Of a stretch of 64,000 nt of DNA, positions 55,028 to 64,000 are shown piece after piece. The stretch is from Dehalococcoidia bacterium. Its GTDB lineage: Bacteria > Chloroflexota > Dehalococcoidia > UBA2979. Location: the NCBI GenBank assembly GCA_965261685.1, contig CBDHDI010000026.1, forward strand, positions 423,777-487,776, given 5' to 3'. The notes under the pieces are model-generated. The model was given only the letters and a program-made list of their open reading frames with translations, was not told the DNA's origin and ran no database searches. The position numbers and the translations under genes are program-made. Positions within the stretch are counted from its first letter, which is position 1, and every line of letters starts with the position of its first letter.

Positions 55028-55434
55028 TCTCCCTGTGCGCAACCTGCGTCTGCTGAACGAGACGGGCTACGGCGCCTGGACAGCCGCGCAAGCGGCGGCA
55101 AGTCGCGGCCACACGGGAAGAGGCCGGGCTGGAATGACGGGAATCGCCTATCGGCTCAGGGCGAGCAGGCTCACGGTCCACGAATAGCGCAGCTTTTCGT
55201 GTGGATTGGAAAACCGAGAACTCCGTCTCGAACCAGACGATCGTCGGTATGAAGCTGCGGTCGTGCCAAAAGGGTGCGCCAGGTTGTATCTGGCGCTCTT
55301 GTTCTGAGCGCAGCGGCAGCCTCGCTCCCGCGGTGCCGGGCCACGACTCGGGAGCCCAGCCGGCGCCGCATCCACGGCATGGGCACATGCTCGCAGAACC
55401 GATTCGGCTAGCAAAGCAGGTCGGCCGTCAATCG

Positions 55435-56779
55435 CTAGTCGATGAAGTCGAGTCTCCCTGACCGCGCTGAGCAGTCCCAGGTACCGCTAGGGTCCTTGTG
55501 ACGCCGTAGTTGCGTCCCTGGTCTCTTACGCCGGAAGCGCCTGCCACACATCGGGCAGACCACGACGTACCGAGCTTCACTTGAGCTTGTGCGACTTCGC
55601 CGGGGAGACCTCGACCGCCCGGTGCTGCGGCGAGCCGACGGGAGTGCTGGGATCGCTCCCGCCTCTGGGAATTCGATAGCGTAGCTCGGAGTGAACGGCT
55701 GGGTTGTGACCCGGGCCGACTCGATGCGGTCAAGCCTGTACGCTCGGTGCTCACGGCTCTCCGCCCGAAGGGCGTGGAGAAGGACGTTCCCTGCCCGTGA
55801 CTGCCTCAGGGAGTACGGCTCAATCAGCCGATTCCCACCCTGGTACCCAAGATCAACGAGCAAGCGGTTCACAGCCGCAAACCGGACGGGTTCGATGCGG
55901 TTCCCCAACCCCGTCGTCCAGAAGGTCGGTGGCGGTGTCCAGAGATCGTCCTCCGCCGCCAGCGGTACGGGCTCAGGGGACTCTTCACCGTTGAGCCAGG
56001 CGAAGAGCCGCGGCAACTCGGACCAGAAGTGGTCGAAGTCCGGGAGGGCTCTCAACTGGTGGTCGAGCATATTCGCCCACTCGGTTTCGAGTTCGTCGAA
56101 CATCGGGGAGGTCCGGATGCTCTCGACTGAAGGGATGGCGATCCCTTTCGACGAGCACTTCTCGGCCAGGATCTCGCGGACGAGTGCGGCGTAGGGCAAG
56201 AAGTCCGGCCGACGGAAGAGGTTGACGATGTCGTAGAGGTCCCGAGGTCTCGACCGCTCGCCCATCGCGCGCAGCTTCTCGGCGAAGACCTCTTCGAAGC
56301 CGTAGCAGCGAACTTGCACCGGCTCGGGTAGTGCATCGGGATAGTCGTGGCTGATCGACCTCAGGACCGACGGCCGCACCACGACTTCGTCTGTGGTCAG
56401 GTCGAGCTTGATGCTCGCGGGACCGGGCGCGTTGCGCGGCCCGCGATAGTAGAGTCGCCCTTCTGCCGATGCTCCGGACGGACGGCTCCTGCAGATGGGT
56501 GGTCGCACCGCGAAGTCGATGCCGGACTCCTGACTGACACGGTCGAGTACACGCTCGACCGCCGCGAGCACCTCTTCCGGCTCGATCGGCCCGTCTTCAA
56601 GAACCGTGAAGTCGAGGTCCTCGGAGAACCGGTACGTCTCGATGTAGCACTTCTTCAGGCACGTGCCGCTTGAAAACCCACGTCCGGCCGAGCAATGAGT
56701 CGGCCCCAATACCCCAGAGCACCCACCCGAGCACGTAGTCCTTCTCGACTACGTCCTCGCGGAGACCCCACGTGCGCAC
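55435..56779 (-). pseudogene. abiEii: AbiEii/AbiGii-family nucleotidyltransferase toxin with -1 frameshift (~56620-56630) and C-terminal WYL-like domain + zinc-ribbon extension
   Basis: Frame A gives VEKDYVLGWVLWGIGADSLLGRTWVFK. Frame B then gives GTCLKKCYIETYRFSEDLDFT, the canonical NTase motif. A one-base loss in a G run accounts for the shift (gtt ttc aag [g]gc ggc acg...). C-terminus: NVLLHALRAESREHRAYRLDRIESARVTTQPF (WYL-like) and VVVCPMCGRRF...C. Confidence 0.65.
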
Positions 56780-56805
56780 CCGGTCGTAGATATCGGCTCG
56801 CCCGA

Positions 56806-57345
56806 TTACAAGTGAGCCTCGTTAGCGGGAGCAAGCCGTGCGCTGTTCACCCGGAGATTCCAACGCGAGACGATCCGGCCTTCCCTCGGGCCAGCAGGAT
56901 CGAGCCAGCTCAGCCCGCGAGTGATCCGGCTGCGACATGCGCCGATAAAGCTGGCGTCCGCAAGCTGCTGTCGCTCCGCCAGGTACCCGAGGCGCTTGAA
57001 TACGGTCCCGCGGCCCAGGCGGTCGCCGTACTGCAGGAGACGCGCTGGATCGGCATCGGCACTCTCGAAGTATGTACCGAGGACTTCGGATGCATGCAGC
57101 GCACCTCCCGCCGCGCCCGGCACGTCGAGAACATCGATGACGGTGCGGTGCGGGTCGGACACATCGACCGGCACCTGTCGGCGCCAGACACGCCGCGTGC
57201 CGAACAGTGCCTCCATGGGCACGCTCCGGATGGTGAAGTCTGTACCCTGAACCGACTGTCGGCTCGGCGTGACCTTCTTACCGGAGACGACGTAGATGAC
57301 ACTGAAGATCTGGTCGGTCAGTCCCCAGTGCTCTGCGGCGCTCCA
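56806..57345 (-). pseudogene. abiEi: abiEi antitoxin, C-terminal part (gene split by IS256 copy 2)
   Basis: ...AEHWGLTDQIFSVIYVVSGKKVTPSRQSVQGTDFTIRSVPMEALFGTRRVWRRQVPVDVSDPHRTVIDVLD. Confidence 0.65.
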
Positions 57346-58710
57346 AGTAGCGTCCCAGCAAGTGGTGTCACAGAGGTGGACGTAGGAGACCACCGCGCCA
57401 TCCTTCACACAGGAGTTAGTCACGTGAAGGAGGACTACGGTGGTCAGGGAGAGCGTGAACTTGTTGGAGTTGCTCCGCAAGCAGGCGGCCGGGGGTGACC
57501 TCGACTTCTTGCGTGAGGCGGTCGCGGTGCTCGCCGAGGCGGTGATGGAGGCCGAGGTCGCAGAGCAGGCCGGCGCCGCCTACGGCGAGCGCAGCCCCGA
57601 GCGCATCACCCGGCGCAACGGCTACCGGCCGAGGCGCTGGGACACGCGCGCCGGCAGCATCGAGCTGCAGATCCCGAAGCTGCGCCAGGGCAGCTACTTC
57701 CCCGCCCTGCTCGAGCCCAGGCGCCGTGCTGAGCGCGCGCTGCTGTCGGTTGTGCAGCAGGCCTACGTCGAGGGCGTCTCGACCCGCCGCGTCGACGACC
57801 TCGTGCGTTCGCTCGGCTGCGAGGGCATCTCCAAGAGCCAGGTCTCGCGCATCTGCGCCGAGCTCGACAGCGTCGTCACGAGCTTCCTCGAGCGGCCGCT
57901 CGACGGCGGTCCGTACCGCTACCTCTGGCTCGACGCGCTCACCCAGCGCGTGCGCGAGGAGGGCCGTATCGCCCAGGTCAGCGTCGTCGTCGCCACGGCC
58001 GTCAACGCCGACGGCAAGCGTGAGGTGCTGGGCATTGACGTCGGCACGAGCGAGGACGGGGCGTCTTGGCTCTCATTTCTCCGCGGGCTGGTGGCGCGCG
58101 GGCTCTCCGGCGTGGAGCTCGTGACCTCCGACGCCCACCAGGGCCTCAGGGCGGCGATCGCGACCGTCTTCGGCGGCGCCTCGTGGCAGCGCTGCCGCAC
58201 GCACTTCATGAGGAACGTGCTGACGCGGGTACCGAAGAGCGCCGAGGGGCTAGTGGCGACGACGGTGCGCACGATCTTCCAACAGCCGTCGGCGGAGGCG
58301 GTGCACGCCCAGCACGCCCGCGTCGTGGAGCAACTGGAGGCGCGCTTCCCCGCGGCCGCGGCGATGCTCGCCGAGGCGGCGCCGGATGTCCTGGCGTTCA
58401 CGGCCTGCCCGGTCGCGCACTGGAAGCAGGTCTGGTCGAACAACCCGCAGGAGCGCCTCAACCGCGAGATCCGCAGGCGCACCGACGTGGTCGGCATCTT
58501 CCCCAACCGCGCCGCGGTCGTGCGGCTGGTCGGCGCGCTGCTGGCCGAGCAGCACGACGAGTGGGCCGTGGCGAGGCGCTACATGACGATGGTGACGCTG
58601 CTGCACCCGCCCGGGCGCGAGGTCACTTCAGGCGAGGAGGTGCTGCTGCAAGCTGCCAGCTAGCAATTGATAAGGATGGTGCACTGTGACACCAACTTGC
58701 GGGACGTGAC
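57346..58710 (+). mobile_element. IS256-family IS, copy 2 (1365 bp) with perfect 8-bp TSD GCGCTCCA, inserted in abiEi
   Basis: gcgctcca|AGTAGCGTCCCAGCAAGTGGTGTCACAG ... CTGTGACACCAACTTGCGGGACGTGACC|gcgctcca. Transposase 57440..58663 (+). Confidence 0.85.
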
Positions 58711-59049
58711 CGCGCTCCACCCTCCGATGTAGCCTGGAGTGAACAGGGTTGCGGCCACGATCCATGGATCTTCTCGCCACTCGCTCGGCTCGGAGGCCTC
58801 AAGCGGGACTGCGATGTACCAGCCTGGGCGCACACGCGAGAGCCACCCGCCAGCAGCGAGCGCTGCAAGGAGACGGCGCGTCGGTGCGATCTCCGTACCG
58901 AGCGCCGACGCTGCCTGGGTGGCATTGAACGGACCAGGGAATCTCCGATGAAGCACGGCCAGGTGCGCTCGCCGCCGACGCCCGAGGCCGGCCGCCAGGG
59001 TGCCCTCGCGATACATCAGAACTGGATTGTCTTCTGTGAGACTGGACAC
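58711..59049 (-). pseudogene. abiEi: abiEi antitoxin, N-terminal wHTH part
   Basis: LHRRFPGPFNATQAASALGTEIAPTRRLLAALAAGGWLSRVRPGWYIAVPLEA...EDPWIVAATLFTPGYIGGWSA. It joins the C-terminal part in frame across the TSD (GGWSAAEHW). Confidence 0.65.
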
Positions 59050-59318
59050 TTTGCCCTCGCAATGTAGGTCAGTACATCAGAGGACGTGACTTTTCTTCCG
59101 TAGAGTGAACTGTGGACTCTCAGTATACCGAGGCACTCCTCCAGAACAACGACCCGAGGTCCCGACGCTCACCGCGAACGAGCTCGAATCCGGTAAGGAT
59201 GCCGCCCACGGCGCTCTTCCGGCTCACCCCAGGAACTCCGGGCCAAGACATCGGCGAGGCGGTGCTGGAATGTCGGTATTTATTGACATCATCCGACGTA
59301 TCAAAGCACTATCGGGCC

Positions 59319-59623
59319 ATGAGCAAAGCGGGCACGGAAGAGATCCTCGACCTCGTGCGAGAGGCCGGGCTGGTACGTCCGCGCGACCTCGAGTCGGCCG
59401 GCGTTCCGGGAGGCTCCCTCGCGCAACTGGCGCAGAGAGGTCTGCTGGAGAGGCTCGGCCGTGGCCTGTATGCGGCGCCCGGTGCCGCACCAAGTGAGCA
59501 CCGCTCGCTCGCGGAAGTCTCGAAGCGGACGCCACGAGGGGTAGTTTGCCTGCTCTCGGCACTGCGGTTCCATGGACTCACTACCCAGGCGCCACCCGAG
59601 GTCTGGCTGGCGATCGGCCCTAA
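59319..59623 (+). pseudogene. Second abiEi-like antitoxin N-terminal domain gene, 3' end disrupted by IS5 insertion
   Basis: MSKAGTEEILDLVREAGLVRPRDLESAGVPGGSLAQLAQRGLLERLGRGLYAAPGA...VVCLLSALRFHGLTTQAPPEVWLAIGPK. No cognate abiEii lies downstream. Confidence 0.55.
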
Positions 59624-60799
59624 GGATGGTCTGAACAACTCGCCTGAGCGCGTGAGCGGATGCGATCATGGGCGGACCCGGAGAGGGGCGCCCCATGCAG
59701 CAGCGTTCGTTCGGCAGCGTCGAGTACGAGCACAAGAAGGTCAAGACGAGGCGGCAGACGTTCCTCGAGCGCATGGACAGGCTCGTCCCCTGGGCTGAGC
59801 TGGAGCAGCGCATCACGCCCGTCTACCCGAAGCCGGGCCGCGGACGCCGCCCCTACCCGCTGCGCGTGATGCTGCGCATCCACTGCCTGCAGCTCTGGTT
59901 CAACCTCAGCGACCCCGGCATGGAGCAGGAACTCTACGACTCCCGCTCGATGCTCGAGTTCGCCGGTCTCAGCCTCTCCGAGCCGATTCCCGATGAGACG
60001 ACGGTCCTCCATTTCCGCCATCTGCTGGAGCGTCATCAGCTGGGAACGGCGCTGTTCGCGACCATCAACGCGCATCTCGCAGCGCGCGGTCTGCAGGTGC
60101 GCGAGGGCACGATCGTGGACTCCACGATCATCAGCGCGCCGTCATCGACGAAGAACCGGGAGCGTGCGCGCGACCCCGAGATGCACCAGACCAGAAAGGG
60201 CCGGCAGTGGTACTTCGGGATGAAGCTGCACAGCGGCACGGATGCGCGGACGGGGCTGGTCCACAGCGTGCACACGACGGCGGCGAACATCGCCGACGTG
60301 ACCGAGGTGCACCGCCTGTTGCACGGCGCTGAGAGCGCGGTGTGGGGTGATGCCGGCTACCAGGGAGTGGAGAAGCGCCCGGAGCACGCGGGTTCGGAGG
60401 TGAGCTGGCAGGTGGCGATGCGCCCGGGTCTCAGGCGGCTGCTGCCGCCGGGCGGCGCTGAGGCACAGGCGGAGCGGCGCAAGGCCTCAGTGCGAGCGAA
60501 GGCGGAGCATCCGTTTCTCTACGTGAAGCGGCACTTCGGGTACGCGCAGGTCCGCTACCGGGGTCTTGAGAAGAACCGCCAGCGGCTCGCGCTGCTGCTC
60601 GGTTTCGCGAACCTGTTGCGAGCCGAGCCTCAGCTCGCCTGATCGCGGGAGCGCTGCGTCCGGAATCGCCCGCCGAAGCGCTTCCGGAGCGACATGGAGG
60701 CGAGACCACCCCCTGAACCGCGGTATCGGCCCCCACAGCGCGGCGCGGTACGCCGATCGACCCGCACCGCGCCCGATACGCCACCTGTTCAGACCATCC
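59624..60799 (+). mobile_element. IS5-family IS (1176 bp) with perfect 14-bp terminal IRs GGATGGTCTGAACA and 4-bp TSD CTAA
   Basis: ggccCTAA|GGATGGTCTGAACAactcg ... ctgTTCAGACCATCC|CTAAggaac. The transposase is 59695..60642 (+), about 316 aa, DDE IS5-type. Confidence 0.8.
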
Positions 60800-61197
60800 C
60801 TAAGGAACTCTGCACCGTACTGAGCGATGAGCTCCTCGGTGGTTCGGGGGCCTCGTTCGCCTGATCCGTGCCCCCCGGCCTCGTTGGTCAAGTCGGGGTA
60901 CACGTCGATGACGGCGGCTTCGACCTCGAACGCGACGCTAGGATCCTGGATTCCATGCCGGTGGACTACATGCTGCACCTCGAGGCCCTCGACTTGGATC
61001 TCCTCGATGCGCTGCTCCTTCAGACTGCGAGAGTCTTCATCCTGTATTTCGGAGTAGTCGCCCCGCGCATGTTGGAAGATGCGATCGCCTGTCCCCTTGC
61101 CCACGTAGAAGGTTTCGCCATCCCGGGGATCGATTAGGCGATACACATAGTGGGCCAATTGCTCAGCCACTCCTGGCGGAAAGCTGTCTATCGGCAT
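60800..61197 (-). CDS. GIY-YIG nuclease-domain protein; 3' end abuts/enters the IS5 right end, so true C-terminus uncertain
   Basis: MPIDSFPPGVAEQLAHYVYRLIDPRDGETFYVGKGTGDRIFQHARGD (GIY/YVY...YVGKG motif). Confidence 0.5.
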
Positions 61198-61345
61198 TCG
61201 CTCGCTCCTACCCGTCGCTGGACGGCGTCTCCGCTGCGGAGTGAATGGGCCGAACGGATCATAGTCGAGCGGGGCGCCGAGAGGCGGGGAGACCGTGGCA
61301 GCGGAGCGGCTTGGCAAGGTTTGGCAAGCAGGCTAGCCTTGCAGC

Positions 61346-61585
61346 ATGAGCACGATGAACATCTCGCTGCCCGAAGGCCTCAAGGGCTTTGTGGACCAAC
61401 AGGTCAGATCCCGCGGCTACAGCTCGTCGAGCGAGTACCTCCGCGAACTGATCCGCAAGGATCAGGATCGGCAAGCCCTGCGCGGGCTGCTCCTCGAGGG
61501 CGCGGCGTCGCCACCCGCGGTCACTGCCGATGCGGAGTACTTCGACCAGTTGCGCGACCGGGTTCGCGAAGCCCGCCAGGGGTGA
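61346..61585 (+). CDS. parD: ParD/CopG-family RHH antitoxin
   Basis: MSTMNISLPEGLKGFVDQQVRSRGYSSSSEYLRELIRKDQDRQAL. Confidence 0.75.
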   Translation: MSTMNISLPEGLKGFVDQQVRSRGYSSSSEYLRELIRKDQDRQALRGLLLEGAASPPAVTADAEYFDQLRDRVREARQG

Positions 61586-61911
61586 TCGGCAAACCTGTCG
61601 TACTTCGGCGGCGGGCGCAGCGCGATGTCGACGAGGCCGTCGAGCACTATATTGCGGAGGCGTCGACGGCAGTCGCGTCGGCCTTCATCGACGCGCTGGA
61701 GGACGCCTTCCGGCGCGTCGGTGAGCACCCTGCAAGCGGCTCGCCGCGCTACGCCTCCGAACTGAATCTTCCCGGCCTCCGCTCGTGGATCGTGACGGGG
61801 TTTCCGCACCTGATCTTCTACGTCGAACGGGAAGCGGACATCGACGTGTGGAGGGTTCTGCACGGGGCGCGAGACGTTCCCGCGTGGCTGCGGGAGCCGC
61901 CCGGAGACTGA
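61582..61911 (+). CDS. parE: ParE/RelE-family toxin (GTG start overlapping parD stop)
   Basis: ...AEASTAVASAFIDALEDAFRRVGEHPASGSPRYASELNLPGLRSWIVTGFPHLIFYVEREADIDVWRVLHGARD. Confidence 0.7.
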   Translation: MIGKPVVLRRRAQRDVDEAVEHYIAEASTAVASAFIDALEDAFRRVGEHPASGSPRYASELNLPGLRSWIVTGFPHLIFYVEREADIDVWRVLHGARDVPAWLREPPGD

Positions 61912-61980
61912 CGATGGGGCTCTTGGCCCGTCGCACCGGGACGAGGACGACACGACACCGCCCTCCCTGAACCGTCGGCG

Positions 61981-62304
61981 CTAGATCACCGCCTCGAAGC
62001 CGGTGAACTCGCCGGTGGCTTCTTCCCAGCGGTACTCGACGTCGTGCACGACGGCCATGCGCGGGCCCTCGCGCAGGCGCTCGATGAAGCGGCGCAGCGT
62101 CGGCTCGTCCGCCTCGGCCTGCACCTCGACGCTGCGGCCGTCGGGCAGGTTGCGGGCGTAGCCGTCGACGGTGAGGCGCAGCGCCTCGTCGGCGCAGAAG
62201 GCGCGGTAGCCCACGCCCTGGACGCGGCCGATCGCCTTCGCGATGAGTCGCCGGGGGCGGCGCGGATCGGCGAGGATCCCGCCCTCGCCCGCGCCGCTGC
62301 TCAC
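61981..62304 (-). CDS. acyP: Acylphosphatase (true start probably internal)
   Basis: VQGVGYRAFCADEALRLTVDGYARNLPDGRSVEVQAEADEPTLRRFIERL. Confidence 0.7.
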   Translation of the reverse strand: MSSGAGEGGILADPRRPRRLIAKAIGRVQGVGYRAFCADEALRLTVDGYARNLPDGRSVEVQAEADEPTLRRFIERLREGPRMAVVHDVEYRWEEATGEFTGFEAVI

Positions 62305-62313
62305 CGCGAGCGC

Positions 62314-63993
62314 CTAGCCGGCGGTGAGACCGCGCACGACACCGCGCACGATCTCCTCGGGCACGTCGCCGCGCACGACCGGGCGGCCGATCTCCTCGAG
62401 CAGCACGAAGCGCAGCCGTCCGGCCTCGACCTTCTTGTCGAGGAGCATCGTCTCCATCACGGCCTGCGTGTCGACGCCCGGCGCGGCCAGCGGCAGGCCG
62501 AGCGTGCGCAGCACGTCCGCCTGGCGGGCGACGACCTCGTTGTCGAGGATGCCCATCTGCTCGGCGATGCGCGCCGCGCCCATCATGCCGACGGAGACCG
62601 CCTCGCCGTGGAGGTAGTCCTCGTAGCCGGTCACCGCCTCGATCGCGTGGCCGATGGTGTGGCCGTAGTTGAGGATCGCGCGCAGCCCGCGCTCCTTCGG
62701 ATCGGCGGAGACGATCAGCGCCTTCAGCCGAGAGGATCGCGCGATCACGTTCGTCAGCAGCTCGCGGTTCGGCTGCGCATTACCGAGGTCACCGGCGTGC
62801 CGCTCGATCTCGCCGAGCAGCAACGGGTCGAGGATCAGCGCGTGCTTGACCACCTCGGCCAGTCCCTCGGTGAAGGCGCGGCGCGGCAACGTGCGCAGCA
62901 GGTCGATGTCGGAGAGGACGGCGCGCGGCTGGTGGAACGCGCCGACGAGGTTCTTGCCGCCGGGCAGGTCGACCGCGACCTTGCCGCCGATCGCCGCGTC
63001 GTTCATCGCCAGCACGGAGGTCGGCACCTGCACGAACGGCATCCCGCGCAGGTACGTCGCGGCGACATACCCCGCGAGGTCGCCGACCACGCCGCCGCCG
63101 AACGCGATCACCACGTCGCGCCGCTCGGCGCGGGACTGCGCAAGCCAGCCGTAGATCTCCTCGGCGGCGCGCAGGCTCTTCGAGGTCTCGCCCGGCGGGA
63201 CCACGTACGAGGCGCCGCGGTAGCCGCCCGTGTCGAGCGCCTCGACCAGCTGCTGCCCGTGCGCCTCCATCACCGCCTCGTCGGCGACGACGTAGACGGA
63301 GCCCTCGAGGCCCAACAGGCGCAGCCGCTCCGGCAGCCGCATCAGCTCGCCCGCGCCGACCCAGATCGGGTAGCGCTCTGTGCCCGTATCGACGATCGCG
63401 GCCGGGCCGGCAATGGGCTGGGCGCTGCCCAGCCGCTCGAGGCGGCGCGCGCCGCCGGCGTGCACGTTCGGGCCGCCGGACCAGGCCTGCAGGATGCGGT
63501 CCGCCACCGCGTCGGGCGTGAGGCCCTGCGCGGGCGTCCAGAGATCGGCCTGGCTGTAGTGGATGCGCCGCTCGTCGCTCAGCTCCTGCAGCCGGCCCTC
63601 GAGGTCCTCGCCCAGCAGCGGGCGCTCCGTCGAGTCCGGCTCCTCGCGCAGGCGGCGCGCGATCTCGGCGGGCGCGGCGTCCAGCCAGCAGATCATTCCG
63701 TGCTCACCGAGGGCGCGACGCGAGCGGGCGCTGAGGAAGGCCCCGCCGCCGAGCGAGATCACGGCCGGCGTGCGCCGGGCGGCCTCGGCCACCACGCGCT
63801 CCTCGATCCTGCGGAAGGCGAACTCGCCGCGAGAGGTGATCAGCTCCGCCGGCGTCTTGCCCTCGAGCTCGGTCACGAGGTCATCGGTGTCGATCAGCGG
63901 CCAGCCGAGGCGGGCGGCGAGGATCGCGCCGACCGAGGACTTGCCGACGCCGCTGATGCCGACCAGCACGATCTGCCGCATCGGCGCGTCCAC
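62314..63993 (-). CDS. aroKB: Bifunctional shikimate kinase / 3-dehydroquinate synthase (AroK-AroB fusion)
   Basis: N-terminal LVGISGVGKSSVG P-loop (shikimate kinase). The C-terminal DHQ synthase motifs GGGVVGDLAGYVAATYLRGMPFVQVPTS...NYGHTIGHAIE. Confidence 0.85.
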   Translation of the reverse strand: MDAPMRQIVLVGISGVGKSSVGAILAARLGWPLIDTDDLVTELEGKTPAELITSRGEFAFRRIEERVVAEAARRTPAVISLGGGAFLSARSRRALGEHGMICWLDAAPAEIARRLREEPDSTERPLLGEDLEGRLQELSDERRIHYSQADLWTPAQGLTPDAVADRILQAWSGGPNVHAGGARRLERLGSAQPIAGPAAIVDTGTERYPIWVGAGELMRLPERLRLLGLEGSVYVVADEAVMEAHGQQLVEALDTGGYRGASYVVPPGETSKSLRAAEEIYGWLAQSRAERRDVVIAFGGGVVGDLAGYVAATYLRGMPFVQVPTSVLAMNDAAIGGKVAVDLPGGKNLVGAFHQPRAVLSDIDLLRTLPRRAFTEGLAEVVKHALILDPLLLGEIERHAGDLGNAQPNRELLTNVIARSSRLKALIVSADPKERGLRAILNYGHTIGHAIEAVTGYEDYLHGEAVSVGMMGAARIAEQMGILDNEVVARQADVLRTLGLPLAAPGVDTQAVMETMLLDKKVEAGRLRFVLLEEIGRPVVRGDVPEEIVRGVVRGLTAG

Positions 63994-64000
63994 GCCCGAG

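Noticed and set aside
59301-59816. 171-aa minus-strand ORF, which after IS5 excision would extend the GIY-YIG protein
   Set aside because: It is fully antisense to the abiEi-like wHTH gene, which has clear family motifs, so this is a fortuitous open frame.

Overview
High-GC (about 70%) bacterial chromosomal window in two parts: a conserved core on the left (1 to 17.5 kb) and an IS-saturated accessory island on the right (17.5 to 61.9 kb) that carries a giant, IS-interrupted surface-protein gene as its centrepiece. Core genes, left to right: a KshA-like Rieske oxygenase running off the window start, divergent from a GPP34/cytochrome-P450 fusion gene, with 2.75 tandem 17-bp repeats in the shared promoter region; a frameshifted MMPL/RND transporter; MarR; two cyclophilin PPIases; tRNA-Asp; the block PHP - ymdB - rny - recX - recA with a Cheo-type LexA box; then yggU(DUF167), two yggT, proC, yggS. 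The island begins at a tRNA-Glu 3' fragment. It contains xis plus a tyrosine integrase with an in-frame TAG, decayed SNF2 helicase and PD-(D/E)XK fragments, a large serine recombinase, a T4CP-like fragment, an AbiEi/AbiEii module (AbiEii has a frameshift and an unusual C-terminal WYL/Zn-ribbon extension), a second abiEi-like gene, GIY-YIG and parDE. It is riddled with insertion sequences: 5 copies of a 1658-bp IS1380-family element (4 identical; 4-5 bp TSDs GTTAG / TTAG / ATAAG x3), one nested IS110, 2 identical IS256 copies with perfect 8-bp TSDs, and one IS5 with a CTAA TSD. The centrepiece is an approximately 14.3-kb gene (about 4,758 codons, 37425..55027) for a secreted modular protein, split into three segments by two IS1380 copies; the segments are frame-compatible after in-silico IS removal. 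It contains cadherin-like beta-sandwich, Calx-beta, FN3 and cadherin modules, a novel roughly 47-aa 'WSDG..MWV..KLYAY' propeller-like repeat, an embedded PPDK_N/PEP-synthase-like ATP-grasp domain, an arylsulfotransferase(ASST)-like propeller, six roughly 105-aa tandem repeats and a novel Cys-containing C-terminal module. Decayed paralog remnants of that gene occur at two other loci (5575..5940 and 34746..35183). The right edge returns to core genes (acyP, aroK-aroB fusion). The gene order recA-recX-rny-ymdB plus the GC content suggests a Chloroflexota/Thermomicrobia-like or similar Gram-positive-type lineage (inference only).
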